Virus record (IMG/VR): IMGVR_UViG_3300026302_000103
Span: 1-36,296 of that record
DNA length: 36,296 bases
Source of the DNA: a virus
Taxonomy: Duplodnaviria; Caudoviricetes
Strand: one strand, 5' to 3'
Each line of letters begins with the position of its first letter. The first letter of the stretch is position 1. A program made the translations under genes and the position numbers. Positions 16,164 to 25,200 of this stretch are shown here, one piece after another. Under the pieces are notes generated by a model, which saw only the letters and a list, made by a program, of their open reading frames with translations, made no database searches and was not told the DNA's origin.

Positions 16164-16739
16164 ATGGCGACCAGTGTCTCGATCTGCTCCAACGCGCTGC
16201 TGATGCTCGGCGCGCAACCCATCAACGACCTGGCCGAAGACCTCGACCGGGCACGACTGGCGGCTAACCTCTACCCGTCGGTGCGCGACGACATGCTGCG
16301 CGCCCATCCGTGGAATTGCGCTGTCAAGCGCGTGGTGCTCTCGCCTGACACGACGCCCCCGGCCTACGGCTATTCCTACCAGTTCCGCCTGCCGTCCGAC
16401 TGGCTGCGCACCCTATCGGTGGGCGACTACGGTGCCGAGTCCGATTTCCGCACCGAGGGCCGCATGCTGCTGGCCGACGAGGACGTGCTGAAGCTGCGCT
16501 ACATCTTCCGCAACGAGAACGAATCGACCTGGGACGCGATGCTGGTGCAGTGCATGACGCTGGCGATGGCCGCCCGCATGGCCTACGCGATCACCCAGTC
16601 GGCAAGCCTTGAGCAGGTTCGCCTGCAAGAGCTGGAAATGACGCTGAAGCGCGCCCGCGCTGCCGACGGTCAAGACGACCCGCCGGAGACCTTGGGCGAC
16701 TTCCGGCTGCTCGGCAGCCGCCACGGCTTTCGCTGGTGA
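16164..16739 (+). CDS. Tail tubular protein A (adaptor)
   Basis: SICSNALLMLGAQPI, LRAHPWNCAVKR and YQFRLPSDWLR. Confidence 0.85.
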   Translation: MATSVSICSNALLMLGAQPINDLAEDLDRARLAANLYPSVRDDMLRAHPWNCAVKRVVLSPDTTPPAYGYSYQFRLPSDWLRTLSVGDYGAESDFRTEGRMLLADEDVLKLRYIFRNENESTWDAMLVQCMTLAMAARMAYAITQSASLEQVRLQELEMTLKRARAADGQDDPPETLGDFRLLGSRHGFRW

Positions 16740-16748
16740 GGTGACGAC

Positions 16749-19202
16749 ATGCCGCGCGTCACCCTGATGCAAACCAATTTCACGGCCGGAGAGGTCTCCC
16801 CCCGCCTGCTTGGCCGTGTCGACATCGCCCGCTACTCCAACGGCGCCCGACTGATCCAGAACGCTTATCCGATGGTGCATGGTGGCGTGATCCGCCGGCC
16901 CGGATCCCGTTTCGTCGCCTCGGCGAAGTATTCGGACAAGCGCGCCCGCCTGATCCCCTACATCTTCAACAAGGAACAGGCCTACATGCTGGAGTTCGGC
17001 GAGAAATACATGCGCGTCTACAAGGACGGCGCGCAGGTGCTCAACTCGGCCGGGCAGCCCTACGAGGTCGCCACCCCATACACCGCCGACATGCTGGCAG
17101 GGATCGACTTCGTGCAGGGCGCCGACACCATGTTCCTCGCGCATACGAAGGTTCCGATCTACCGCCTGCGCCGCCTCGATCACGCCGATTGGTCGATGGA
17201 GCCGGCCCCGTTCGTGACGCAGCCCTTCGACGAGATCGGCTTCCGTCCCACCTGCAACGCTGCGCTATCCGTCATCACCGTGGGCAGCGGGCGCACCCTG
17301 ACGGCGGACAATGCGACCTTCCTCGCCTCGGACGTTGGCCGGGAAGTCTGGTGCGGCGCAGGCATCGCCAAAATCACCCAGGTGAATTCGGCGGTCTCTG
17401 CAGTCGTCGACATCTCCGTCGCCTTCAAGGACTACGCGCTGGCCGCTGGCAAGTGGAAGATCACCGGCTCGCCGCAGACCACATGCACGCCGTCAGCGAA
17501 AGACCCGGTAGGCACCTCGATTACCCTGACCCTGCCGTCGGCAGCTACCTCGACTAGCAGCGAGACAGCGAAGAGCATCGTCGGCGCCTCCTACTCCTAT
17601 GACGGCGTGAGCGGCAATTCACTCATCACGGTGACGCTTCCGGGCCACGGCTACCAGTCGGGAAATACCATCGTGATCGCCGGCTTCACCCCGGCAGGCT
17701 TCAACGGCACCTACACGATCACGGTGCTGAACGCGAACGCCTTCACCTACTCGATCGCCGGCGACCCCGGCACGGCTTCCGCCCTGGGCACGTCGTCGCG
17801 CGTCGTCACCAGCAGCGGCGCCGGCGGCTGGCGCAATGAGGACGTGGGCAAGTATGTGCGCGTCAATCGCGGCTTGGTGAAGATCACCGCAGTGTCGTCG
17901 GCCAGCTCGGCGACGGGCACGATCCTGTCGGCGCTTGATGCGACTGTCGCCGCGCCGGCGAACGCCTGGACGTTGGAGGCGCCCGTCTGGAACGATGTCG
18001 ACGGCTACCCCGCGACCGTAACCTTGAGCGAACAGCGCCTCGTTGCCGCCGGTTCCCCGGCCTATCCGCAAACCGTTTGGATGTCGCGCACCGGCGAATC
18101 GCTCAACTTCGAGCTTGGCACGAAGGACGACGATGCGATGTCCTTCACCATCTCGTCCGACCAAATCAACCCCATCGCCCACCTGGCGAACATCAAGGCG
18201 CTGATCGCTCTGACCTACGGGGGCGAATTCACCCTATCGGGGGGCGTCGAGAAGCCGATCACACCGACCAACATCCAAGTGAAGAGCCAGTCGGTCTATG
18301 GCTGCAACGCGGTGCGGCCGTACCGAATCGGCAACGAGCTTTACTTCATGCAGCGGGCCGGCCGGAAGCTGCGGGCGATGGCCTACAAGTTCGACTCCGA
18401 CGCCTACGGCTCGCCCGACCTGTCCGTGCTTGCCGAACATGCCACCGAGACCGGCATCGTCGACATGGCCTACCAGCAGGAACCCGACTCGGTGCTCTGG
18501 CTGGTGCGTACCGACGGGGTGCTGGCAACCGTCTCCGTCGACCGCGATCAGGATGTCGTCGGATGGGCGCGACAGATCACCGCCGGTACCTATGAATCGG
18601 TCGCCTCGATCCCGGTCGCTTCTGGCGATGAAGTGTGGGCAATCGCGAGCCGTACCGTCGGCGGCAACACCGTGCGCTACATCGAGCGCTTCGACAAGGC
18701 GGTCGGCACCGATGTCTCGATCACGGGCACCAATGCGGCCGGCTCGAAGGTCTGGTCGGGCCTCTCCCATCTCGAAGGGTGCGAGGTCGATGTCGTTGCC
18801 GATGGTGTCGTGATGCAGCGCCAGACCGTTGCCGGCGGCCAGGTCACGCTGTCACGCCCGGCAAAGGCCGTGCAGATCGGGCTGCCCTACGAGACGACCA
18901 TCGAGACCCTGACGCCGGAAATAGCCGGCGGCACTGGCAGCGCCCAGGGCAACAGCATGCGGATCGCCGAGGTCACGCTGCGCTTCGCCGATACGACCGG
19001 CGTCGAGGTCAACGGCCAGGTGATCGCCTTCCGCAATCTCGGCAAGGCGCAGCTCGACAGGCCCGCCCCTCTCTTCACCGGAGATCACCGCATCGAAACC
19101 CTTGGATGGGAGCGCGGCAAGGCAAACCTGACGATTCAGCAGAAGCAGCCGCTCCCCTTCCATCTGCTCGCCGTCATCAAGAAATTCACCGTCAACGACT
19201 AG
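16749..19202 (+). CDS. Tail tubular protein B (nozzle)
   Basis: QTNFTAGEVSPRLLGRVD, GGVIRRPG, YMLEFGEKYMRVY, GYPATVTLSEQRL and QDVVGWARQ. Confidence 0.88.
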   Translation: MPRVTLMQTNFTAGEVSPRLLGRVDIARYSNGARLIQNAYPMVHGGVIRRPGSRFVASAKYSDKRARLIPYIFNKEQAYMLEFGEKYMRVYKDGAQVLNSAGQPYEVATPYTADMLAGIDFVQGADTMFLAHTKVPIYRLRRLDHADWSMEPAPFVTQPFDEIGFRPTCNAALSVITVGSGRTLTADNATFLASDVGREVWCGAGIAKITQVNSAVSAVVDISVAFKDYALAAGKWKITGSPQTTCTPSAKDPVGTSITLTLPSAATSTSSETAKSIVGASYSYDGVSGNSLITVTLPGHGYQSGNTIVIAGFTPAGFNGTYTITVLNANAFTYSIAGDPGTASALGTSSRVVTSSGAGGWRNEDVGKYVRVNRGLVKITAVSSASSATGTILSALDATVAAPANAWTLEAPVWNDVDGYPATVTLSEQRLVAAGSPAYPQTVWMSRTGESLNFELGTKDDDAMSFTISSDQINPIAHLANIKALIALTYGGEFTLSGGVEKPITPTNIQVKSQSVYGCNAVRPYRIGNELYFMQRAGRKLRAMAYKFDSDAYGSPDLSVLAEHATETGIVDMAYQQEPDSVLWLVRTDGVLATVSVDRDQDVVGWARQITAGTYESVASIPVASGDEVWAIASRTVGGNTVRYIERFDKAVGTDVSITGTNAAGSKVWSGLSHLEGCEVDVVADGVVMQRQTVAGGQVTLSRPAKAVQIGLPYETTIETLTPEIAGGTGSAQGNSMRIAEVTLRFADTTGVEVNGQVIAFRNLGKAQLDRPAPLFTGDHRIETLGWERGKANLTIQQKQPLPFHLLAVIKKFTVND

Positions 19203-19213
19203 GAGGCACAACC

Positions 19214-19657
19214 ATGATCCGACAAGCCAGAACCGAAGACATCCCGCGCATGATCGAACTGGGCGCCGCGATGCACGCAGAAAGCCGCTTTTCCGTCCTC
19301 GGCTATGACCGCGAGAAGGTCGCCGCACTGTTCTCCCACCTGCTTGCGACCGGCCAATTCATCGAGGTGATCGAACGCGACGGCGAACTGCTCGGCGGGT
19401 TTGCCGGATTCGTGACCGAGCACTGGGCGTCGAAAGACCTCGTTTCGTACGACTGCGGCCTGTTCATCTCTCCCGACCACCGGGGCGGCGGCGACGCGGC
19501 TCGCCTCATCAAGCGCTTCCGCGAGTGGGCCATTTCCCGCGGGGCAAAGATGGTCACGCTCGGCGTGAATACGGGGGTGCATCCCGAGCGCACGGCCCGC
19601 CTGATGGAGGCCGTCGGCTTCGAGCAAATCGGGTATCTCTACGAAGGAGTGAAGTGA
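19214..19657 (+). CDS. GNAT-family acetyltransferase in the virion module
   Basis: MIRQARTEDIP, LFISPDHRGGG and MEAVGF; AGGAGG RBS. Confidence 0.85.
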   Translation: MIRQARTEDIPRMIELGAAMHAESRFSVLGYDREKVAALFSHLLATGQFIEVIERDGELLGGFAGFVTEHWASKDLVSYDCGLFISPDHRGGGDAARLIKRFREWAISRGAKMVTLGVNTGVHPERTARLMEAVGFEQIGYLYEGVK

Positions 19658-20166
19658 TGTGCACCGGAACCTCTTTTGCACTCTACGCGATGGCCGCGGC
19701 CGCCGCCGTTGGCGCTTACGCCAGCATCCAGTCGGCGGAACAACAGAAGGACTGGAACGAATACCAAGGCAAGCAGGCCGAGGCCGATGCAAAGGCCGAG
19801 AAGAGCGCCGCCGAGGTGCAGGCAGAGAAGATCAGGAAGATGGCCCGGATCAACGCCGGCGAGGCGACGGCATCCCTTGCCGGCTCGGGCGTCGATGTCG
19901 GCGAGGGCACCGCGCTGAACATCAACAGCGAGATTTACGGCCGAGCCGAAGAGGATGCGGTCATGACGATCTTCGGAGGTGCTGATCGCTCGGCACGAGG
20001 CAACGCCGAGGCGGCCGGGTACAGACTGAAGGGAAGCCAGGCGCAGCAGGCCGGCTATCTGAATGCGGCCTCGACTGTTCTCGGCGCAGCCGGAAGCACG
20101 GCGAAAGGCTGGAAGACGCCCTCGTCGAATGGGACGGTTCCGTCGGCCGGCGGTAGCGGGGGTTAA
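19657..20166 (+). CDS. Small internal virion / ejection protein
   Basis: MC start, hydrophobic N-terminus and LAGSGVDVGEGTAL; T7 gp14-like position. Confidence 0.75.
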   Translation: MCTGTSFALYAMAAAAAVGAYASIQSAEQQKDWNEYQGKQAEADAKAEKSAAEVQAEKIRKMARINAGEATASLAGSGVDVGEGTALNINSEIYGRAEEDAVMTIFGGADRSARGNAEAAGYRLKGSQAQQAGYLNAASTVLGAAGSTAKGWKTPSSNGTVPSAGGSGG

Positions 20167-20169
20167 GCG

Positions 20170-22269
20170 ATGAAGATTCCGATGGGAAATTTCGGCTTCA
20201 AGGGGCCGGACGCAGTGCAGCACACCCACGTCAGCGGCGACGGCATCGACGCAGCCGCCCGCGCTGCGCAGAACCTTGGACAGACCGGCATGCAGGTGGC
20301 CGCCGGCATCATGGCCGACCAGCGTCAGGAGAACGAGGCACTGACCCGCGCCCGCGCCGGTAATGTCCTGCTCGATCGCGAGATTCAGATCAAGACGCTG
20401 AACGCCGACCTCGAACAGAAACTCGCCGACGGCTCACTGCGCCACGATCAGGCGGTCGATGCCTACAACGCTGCGCTGAAGAAGATGGAGACCACGACGG
20501 TCGACGGCATGGACGTGGTGACGGCCGAGAACTTCAACAAGGGGATGAAGCGCGTCGAGTTCTCGGGTCTCTCCGCAATCCAGCAGGCATCGGAGAAGGC
20601 GAAGCGCGTCGAGTTCAAGGGGCAGACCGACGGCGCCCTCGATCGCTTCGGCAAGCTGGCCGGCATGCCCGGTGCAGAGATCGACAAGATCAACACCCAG
20701 GTGGATGCCCTCGATCCCATCGGACAAGTCGCCTACGGCCAGAACTGGGGGAAGGTGAAGCAGGACTTCCGCGACCGCAACTGGACGAATCAGGCGACGC
20801 AGCGCGCCATGCAGGTACGCGACAACCTCGACGGACTGCAGCAGCTCGAACGCGACCTCACCGATGCCGACGGCTTCTATGCCGGGAAACTCGACACCGA
20901 CAAGCGCAACGCCGTACTGCGCACCGTCATCGGCGACCGCATGCGCCTGGAGAACCGGCTGCAGCACGATGCCGACCGACGCGAGGCCCGCGCCGAGAAG
21001 GTGATCGGCGAGATCGACCGCCAGATCGCGAGCGGCGTGCCGGCGACGGCCGACATGTGGACAGCCTGGGGCGACAAAGTGAAGGGCACCTCATTCGAGG
21101 GCGAGATGAAGCAGCGCCTCGATGAAGAGGGCGAGGTGCAGAAGGTGCTGCGCCTGCCGGTCGATCAGCAGCTCGCTTTCGTGCAGCAGCGCGAGGCCAA
21201 GCTGCTCAACGGGGGCGGCACGGTGCGCGATCAGGCGAATCTCTCCCGCATGAAGGGCGCCGTCGAGGCGAACGTGAAGCAGCTCCAAGAGGCGCCGCTG
21301 CTCTTCAACCAATCCCGCACGGGCACGCCGGTGCAGCCGCTCGACATCGCCGCCCTAGCCGACCCCAACGGAGCCGGAAAAGTATCCGGTCAGATGCGCG
21401 ACCGCGTGGCCTCGATCACCGCCATGCAGAAGCAGTACGGCCCGCAGGTACAGATGCGGCCCCTATTGCCGCAAGAGGCCCAGTTCCTGACCCGCGCCCT
21501 CGATCAGGCCAGCCCGCGCCAGCAGGTCGATCTGTTCGGCACCCTGCGCAAGGCATTCGACGACGACAGCGCCTATGCCGCGGCGATGCAGCAGATCGCG
21601 CCGGATTCCCCGGTCAAGGCACTGGCCGGCATCCTTGTGGCGAAGCAGCGCAAGATCACGCTCGAAAGCAATCTGTTCTCTGCCGACACCACGGCCATGA
21701 GCGGCGACATCGCGGCAACCCTGCTCGATGGCGAGGCCTTGCTGAACAAGACCAAGGGACAGAAGGCCGAGGACGGAAAGGCGAAGGGCATCCCATTGCC
21801 CCCCGAGAAGGACTTCCGCGATCAGTTTTCCAGCGCTGCCGGTCACGTCTTCGCCGGCCGTCCGCAGGCCTACGAGGTCGCCATGCAAGCGGTGCGCGCC
21901 TACTACACCGGAAAGGCCGCCCAGGATGGTGACGTATCCGGACAGATCGACGGCGGGCGCATGAAGCACGCGATCACCGCCGTGCTCGGCGAGGTCGTGA
22001 ATTACAACGGCAACGGCGAAGTGCTGGCGCCCTGGGGCATGGACAAGAGCACCTTCAAGGACAAGACGAAGGACGCCTTCCGCACCGAGCTGAAGGCCCG
22101 CGGCATGCCGGACTCGATGCTCGACAGCCTGCCGGCGCTCGGACTGCGGAACAAGGGAGACGGCACCTACTACGTGGTTCAGGGGCGGAACTACCTCTAT
22201 GACCGGCAGGGGCAGCCGGTAATCATCAACCTCAACGGCCAGCCCCAACCGCAGCAGGTGAAGAAATGA
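20170..22269 (+). CDS. Internal virion / ejection protein (699 aa)
   Basis: Long helical Ala/Gln-rich protein in the ejection gene block. Confidence 0.75.
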   Translation: MKIPMGNFGFKGPDAVQHTHVSGDGIDAAARAAQNLGQTGMQVAAGIMADQRQENEALTRARAGNVLLDREIQIKTLNADLEQKLADGSLRHDQAVDAYNAALKKMETTTVDGMDVVTAENFNKGMKRVEFSGLSAIQQASEKAKRVEFKGQTDGALDRFGKLAGMPGAEIDKINTQVDALDPIGQVAYGQNWGKVKQDFRDRNWTNQATQRAMQVRDNLDGLQQLERDLTDADGFYAGKLDTDKRNAVLRTVIGDRMRLENRLQHDADRREARAEKVIGEIDRQIASGVPATADMWTAWGDKVKGTSFEGEMKQRLDEEGEVQKVLRLPVDQQLAFVQQREAKLLNGGGTVRDQANLSRMKGAVEANVKQLQEAPLLFNQSRTGTPVQPLDIAALADPNGAGKVSGQMRDRVASITAMQKQYGPQVQMRPLLPQEAQFLTRALDQASPRQQVDLFGTLRKAFDDDSAYAAAMQQIAPDSPVKALAGILVAKQRKITLESNLFSADTTAMSGDIAATLLDGEALLNKTKGQKAEDGKAKGIPLPPEKDFRDQFSSAAGHVFAGRPQAYEVAMQAVRAYYTGKAAQDGDVSGQIDGGRMKHAITAVLGEVVNYNGNGEVLAPWGMDKSTFKDKTKDAFRTELKARGMPDSMLDSLPALGLRNKGDGTYYVVQGRNYLYDRQGQPVIINLNGQPQPQQVKK

Positions 22270-25200
22270 GCGTCTTTGACCTCGACCAGAAGGGGCAGCA
22301 GGCACTTGCCGAAGACGCCCGACTGAATCCGCTTGATGCCTCGCAGATCGAGCCGACGACCTTCACCGGCACCGGCAAGGGCATCGGCATGGGGATGATG
22401 AAGGGCGGCGCCCGTGTCGGGCAGTTCGTCGGACTCGCCGGTGCAGTCGTGCCGATGGCGATCGACAAGATCACCGAGGGCGACAACTTCAGCGGGAAGA
22501 GCCTCACCGACCGCTATTTCGAGGGTCTGGACGAGACCGTGAATCGTGCGGCCGACTACTGGACTCCGAATCATGCCGAGGTCGGCAAGGCCGGCCAGGT
22601 GCTCGGCGGCCTGTCCGAGATCATCCTGCCGATGCTCGCCGGCGGTGGCAATCCAGCCCTGACCGCGACGATGGTCACGGGATCGCAGACCGCAGGAACC
22701 GGCATCGACCTCGTGAAGCAGGGCGTCGACGGCAAGACAGCCGGTACCGTGGCTGCAATTCAAGGCCTTTCCACCTATGCCGGCTTCAAGATTCCCTTCC
22801 TCGGCCACACGCTGGCGGCCCGCATGGGCAGCGGTGTGGCCGGGAACGTCGTGACCAATGCAGGCGGCGCTGCGGTGCAAAGCAAGGTGCTGAAGGGGGC
22901 GGGCTACGATGAGCAGGCCAAGCAGTTCGACCCGATGAACCTCGAAGCGCGCTCTATCGACGTGCTCACCGGCATGCTCTTCGGCGGTTTCGCGCACTGG
23001 TCGGCCGGGAAGGGGAAGCCGATTGCTCCGTCGGATGCCGACGCCGTGCTGACCGCCAACAACGCGAAGCACTTCCAGCAGGACACCGCCCCCGGCGTAC
23101 CGGCCGACGCCAAGGCAAGCACCGCGCACCAGTCGGCGATTGAGCAGGCGATCGAGCAGCTTGTCCGCGGCGAGCGGGTGAGCGTCGCCGATAGCATCCA
23201 CGATGCCGAATTCGTGCGCCCGGTACCGCCCTCGGCCGAGACGCCGATCGCCACCGCCGTGCGCGACGCCTTCGGGCCTGACCTTCCGCGTTACCGGCCG
23301 AGTGCGCCGGCCAATGCACCGCGCGGCGTGCGCAACAACAACCCTGGCAACATCGAGCGCAGCGCGCGGGTTTGGGATGGCGAGGTCGCCGGCAACGATC
23401 CGCGCTTCGCTACCTTCGACACTCCCGAGGCCGGCATCCGTGCCCTGGCAAAGAACCTGATCGCCTACAACGACAAGCACGGGCTGAACACCGTCGAGGG
23501 CATCATCAACCGATGGGCGCCACCTGGCGAGAACAAGACGAGCAGCTATGCGCAGGCCGTCGCCAAGGAACTCGGCGTCAAGCCGGGCGACGTGCTCAAC
23601 GTGCGCGACCCCGACACCCTGACCCGCCTCACGTCGGCGATCATCCGGCACGAGAACGGAGCGCAGCCCTACCCGGCCGAGACCTTGCGCGCCGGCGTCG
23701 AATTGGCGATTTCCGGCGGCTCGTCGAAAAAGTCGCCAGCCGACTTTCTGGCCGCAATGCCCCGCGCGAAGGCGCTCTCGGAACTCGACCGCCAGATCGA
23801 AACCCGCCTCGCCGATAAGATCGCCAAGGATTACCCGGCAGCCGTGACCGAATACAACGCGCTGCCGGAATCCCAAGGCGGCAAGGTGCTCAACGTCGAC
23901 ACGGCGCGCGAGCTGTCGCCAGACTACGCCACCAGCAAGGAATCCCGCGCCCTTCTATCGCCGGCCGTGCATGAGCCGTCGAGCTTCTTCATCAAGCAGC
24001 TCTACGCCGACCGCCTGGCCGAGATGCCGCCCGACGGAACGGTGATGTTCACGTCCGGCGGCACCGGCGCCGGCAAGTCCTCGGCGATCGAGCAAGTGCC
24101 CGTCGCGGCCCAGGCGCTGAAGGATGCCTATCTCGTGTACGACACGAACATGAACGGCCTCAAGTCGGCGCAGCAGAAGATCGAGCAGGCACTTGCGGCC
24201 GGCGCGAAGGTCGACATCTGGCACGTGCAGCGCGATCCGGTCGATGCCCTGGTCAATGGTGCCCTGCCGCGGGCCAAGCGTATCGGCCGCACCGCTCCGC
24301 TCGAAGCCCACGAAGCGACCTACGTCGGCGCCGCCGAGACCATCGGAAAGCTGGCGGAAATCTACAAGGACGATCCGCGCGTAACCGTCCGAGTGCTCGA
24401 CAACACGCGAGGCCGGGGAAATGCAGCAGAGACCGGAATTGAGTTTGTCAAGGGGTTCGACTACAATAATCTTCGTGAGAGGCTGATTTCAGCGCTCCAG
24501 AAGGAGTATCAAGATGGCCGCATCAACGATGCAATCTACCGCGGGACGCTCGGCAGTGCCGCAGATGCCGGACGGCAGGACGGTGGAACAGGCAGCCGAC
24601 GACTACACGAGGATGGAGTATCGTCGGGGCTACCCCTTCGCCAGCGAGGAAGAAATTCAGATGCTGCTGGACGCCGAGAAGAAGGCGGGCTACCCGGCGG
24701 ACGATCTGCAACAGGCGAAGGAAATCCTCGGCAAGTCGTAAGTGCCGACCGCTTCCCTGTCCAAGGGAAGACAGCAACCGCCGTCACCGAGCGCGGCGCC
24801 ACAGTTCAAACCCAATTTGTCGCCGTCGAGGCATCAAGCCTCGTAACCTCGCACGACAACGGGCTGCGCCAAAACCCCAACTTCCCCCCCGAGCTGCAAC
24901 CGCGTGACCGCGGCCGAGCGGCTTCCGAGGCGCAGATCGCCAAGATCGAGAACGGGATCAACCCCGAGCTGCTGGCCGAGTCTCCAAAGGCTTCCGACGG
25001 TGCCCCGATCATTGGCACCGATAGCGTCGTCGAATCCGGTAACGCTCGCACCATCGCGCTGCGCCGCGCCTACGAGGGCGGCAAGGCTGATCCATACCGC
25101 CAGTGGCTGATCGACAATGCCGAGCGCTTCGGCCTCGATCCGGCCAAGGTCGCCGAGATGAAGCAACCGGTGCTTGCCCGTGTCGGCCTGGGGAAATACG

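Noticed and set aside
22197..23876. 559-aa minus-strand ORF (likewise 31686-33467, 29456-30622, 13480-14532)
   Set aside because: Antisense to clear structural genes, with no RBS or domain signal.
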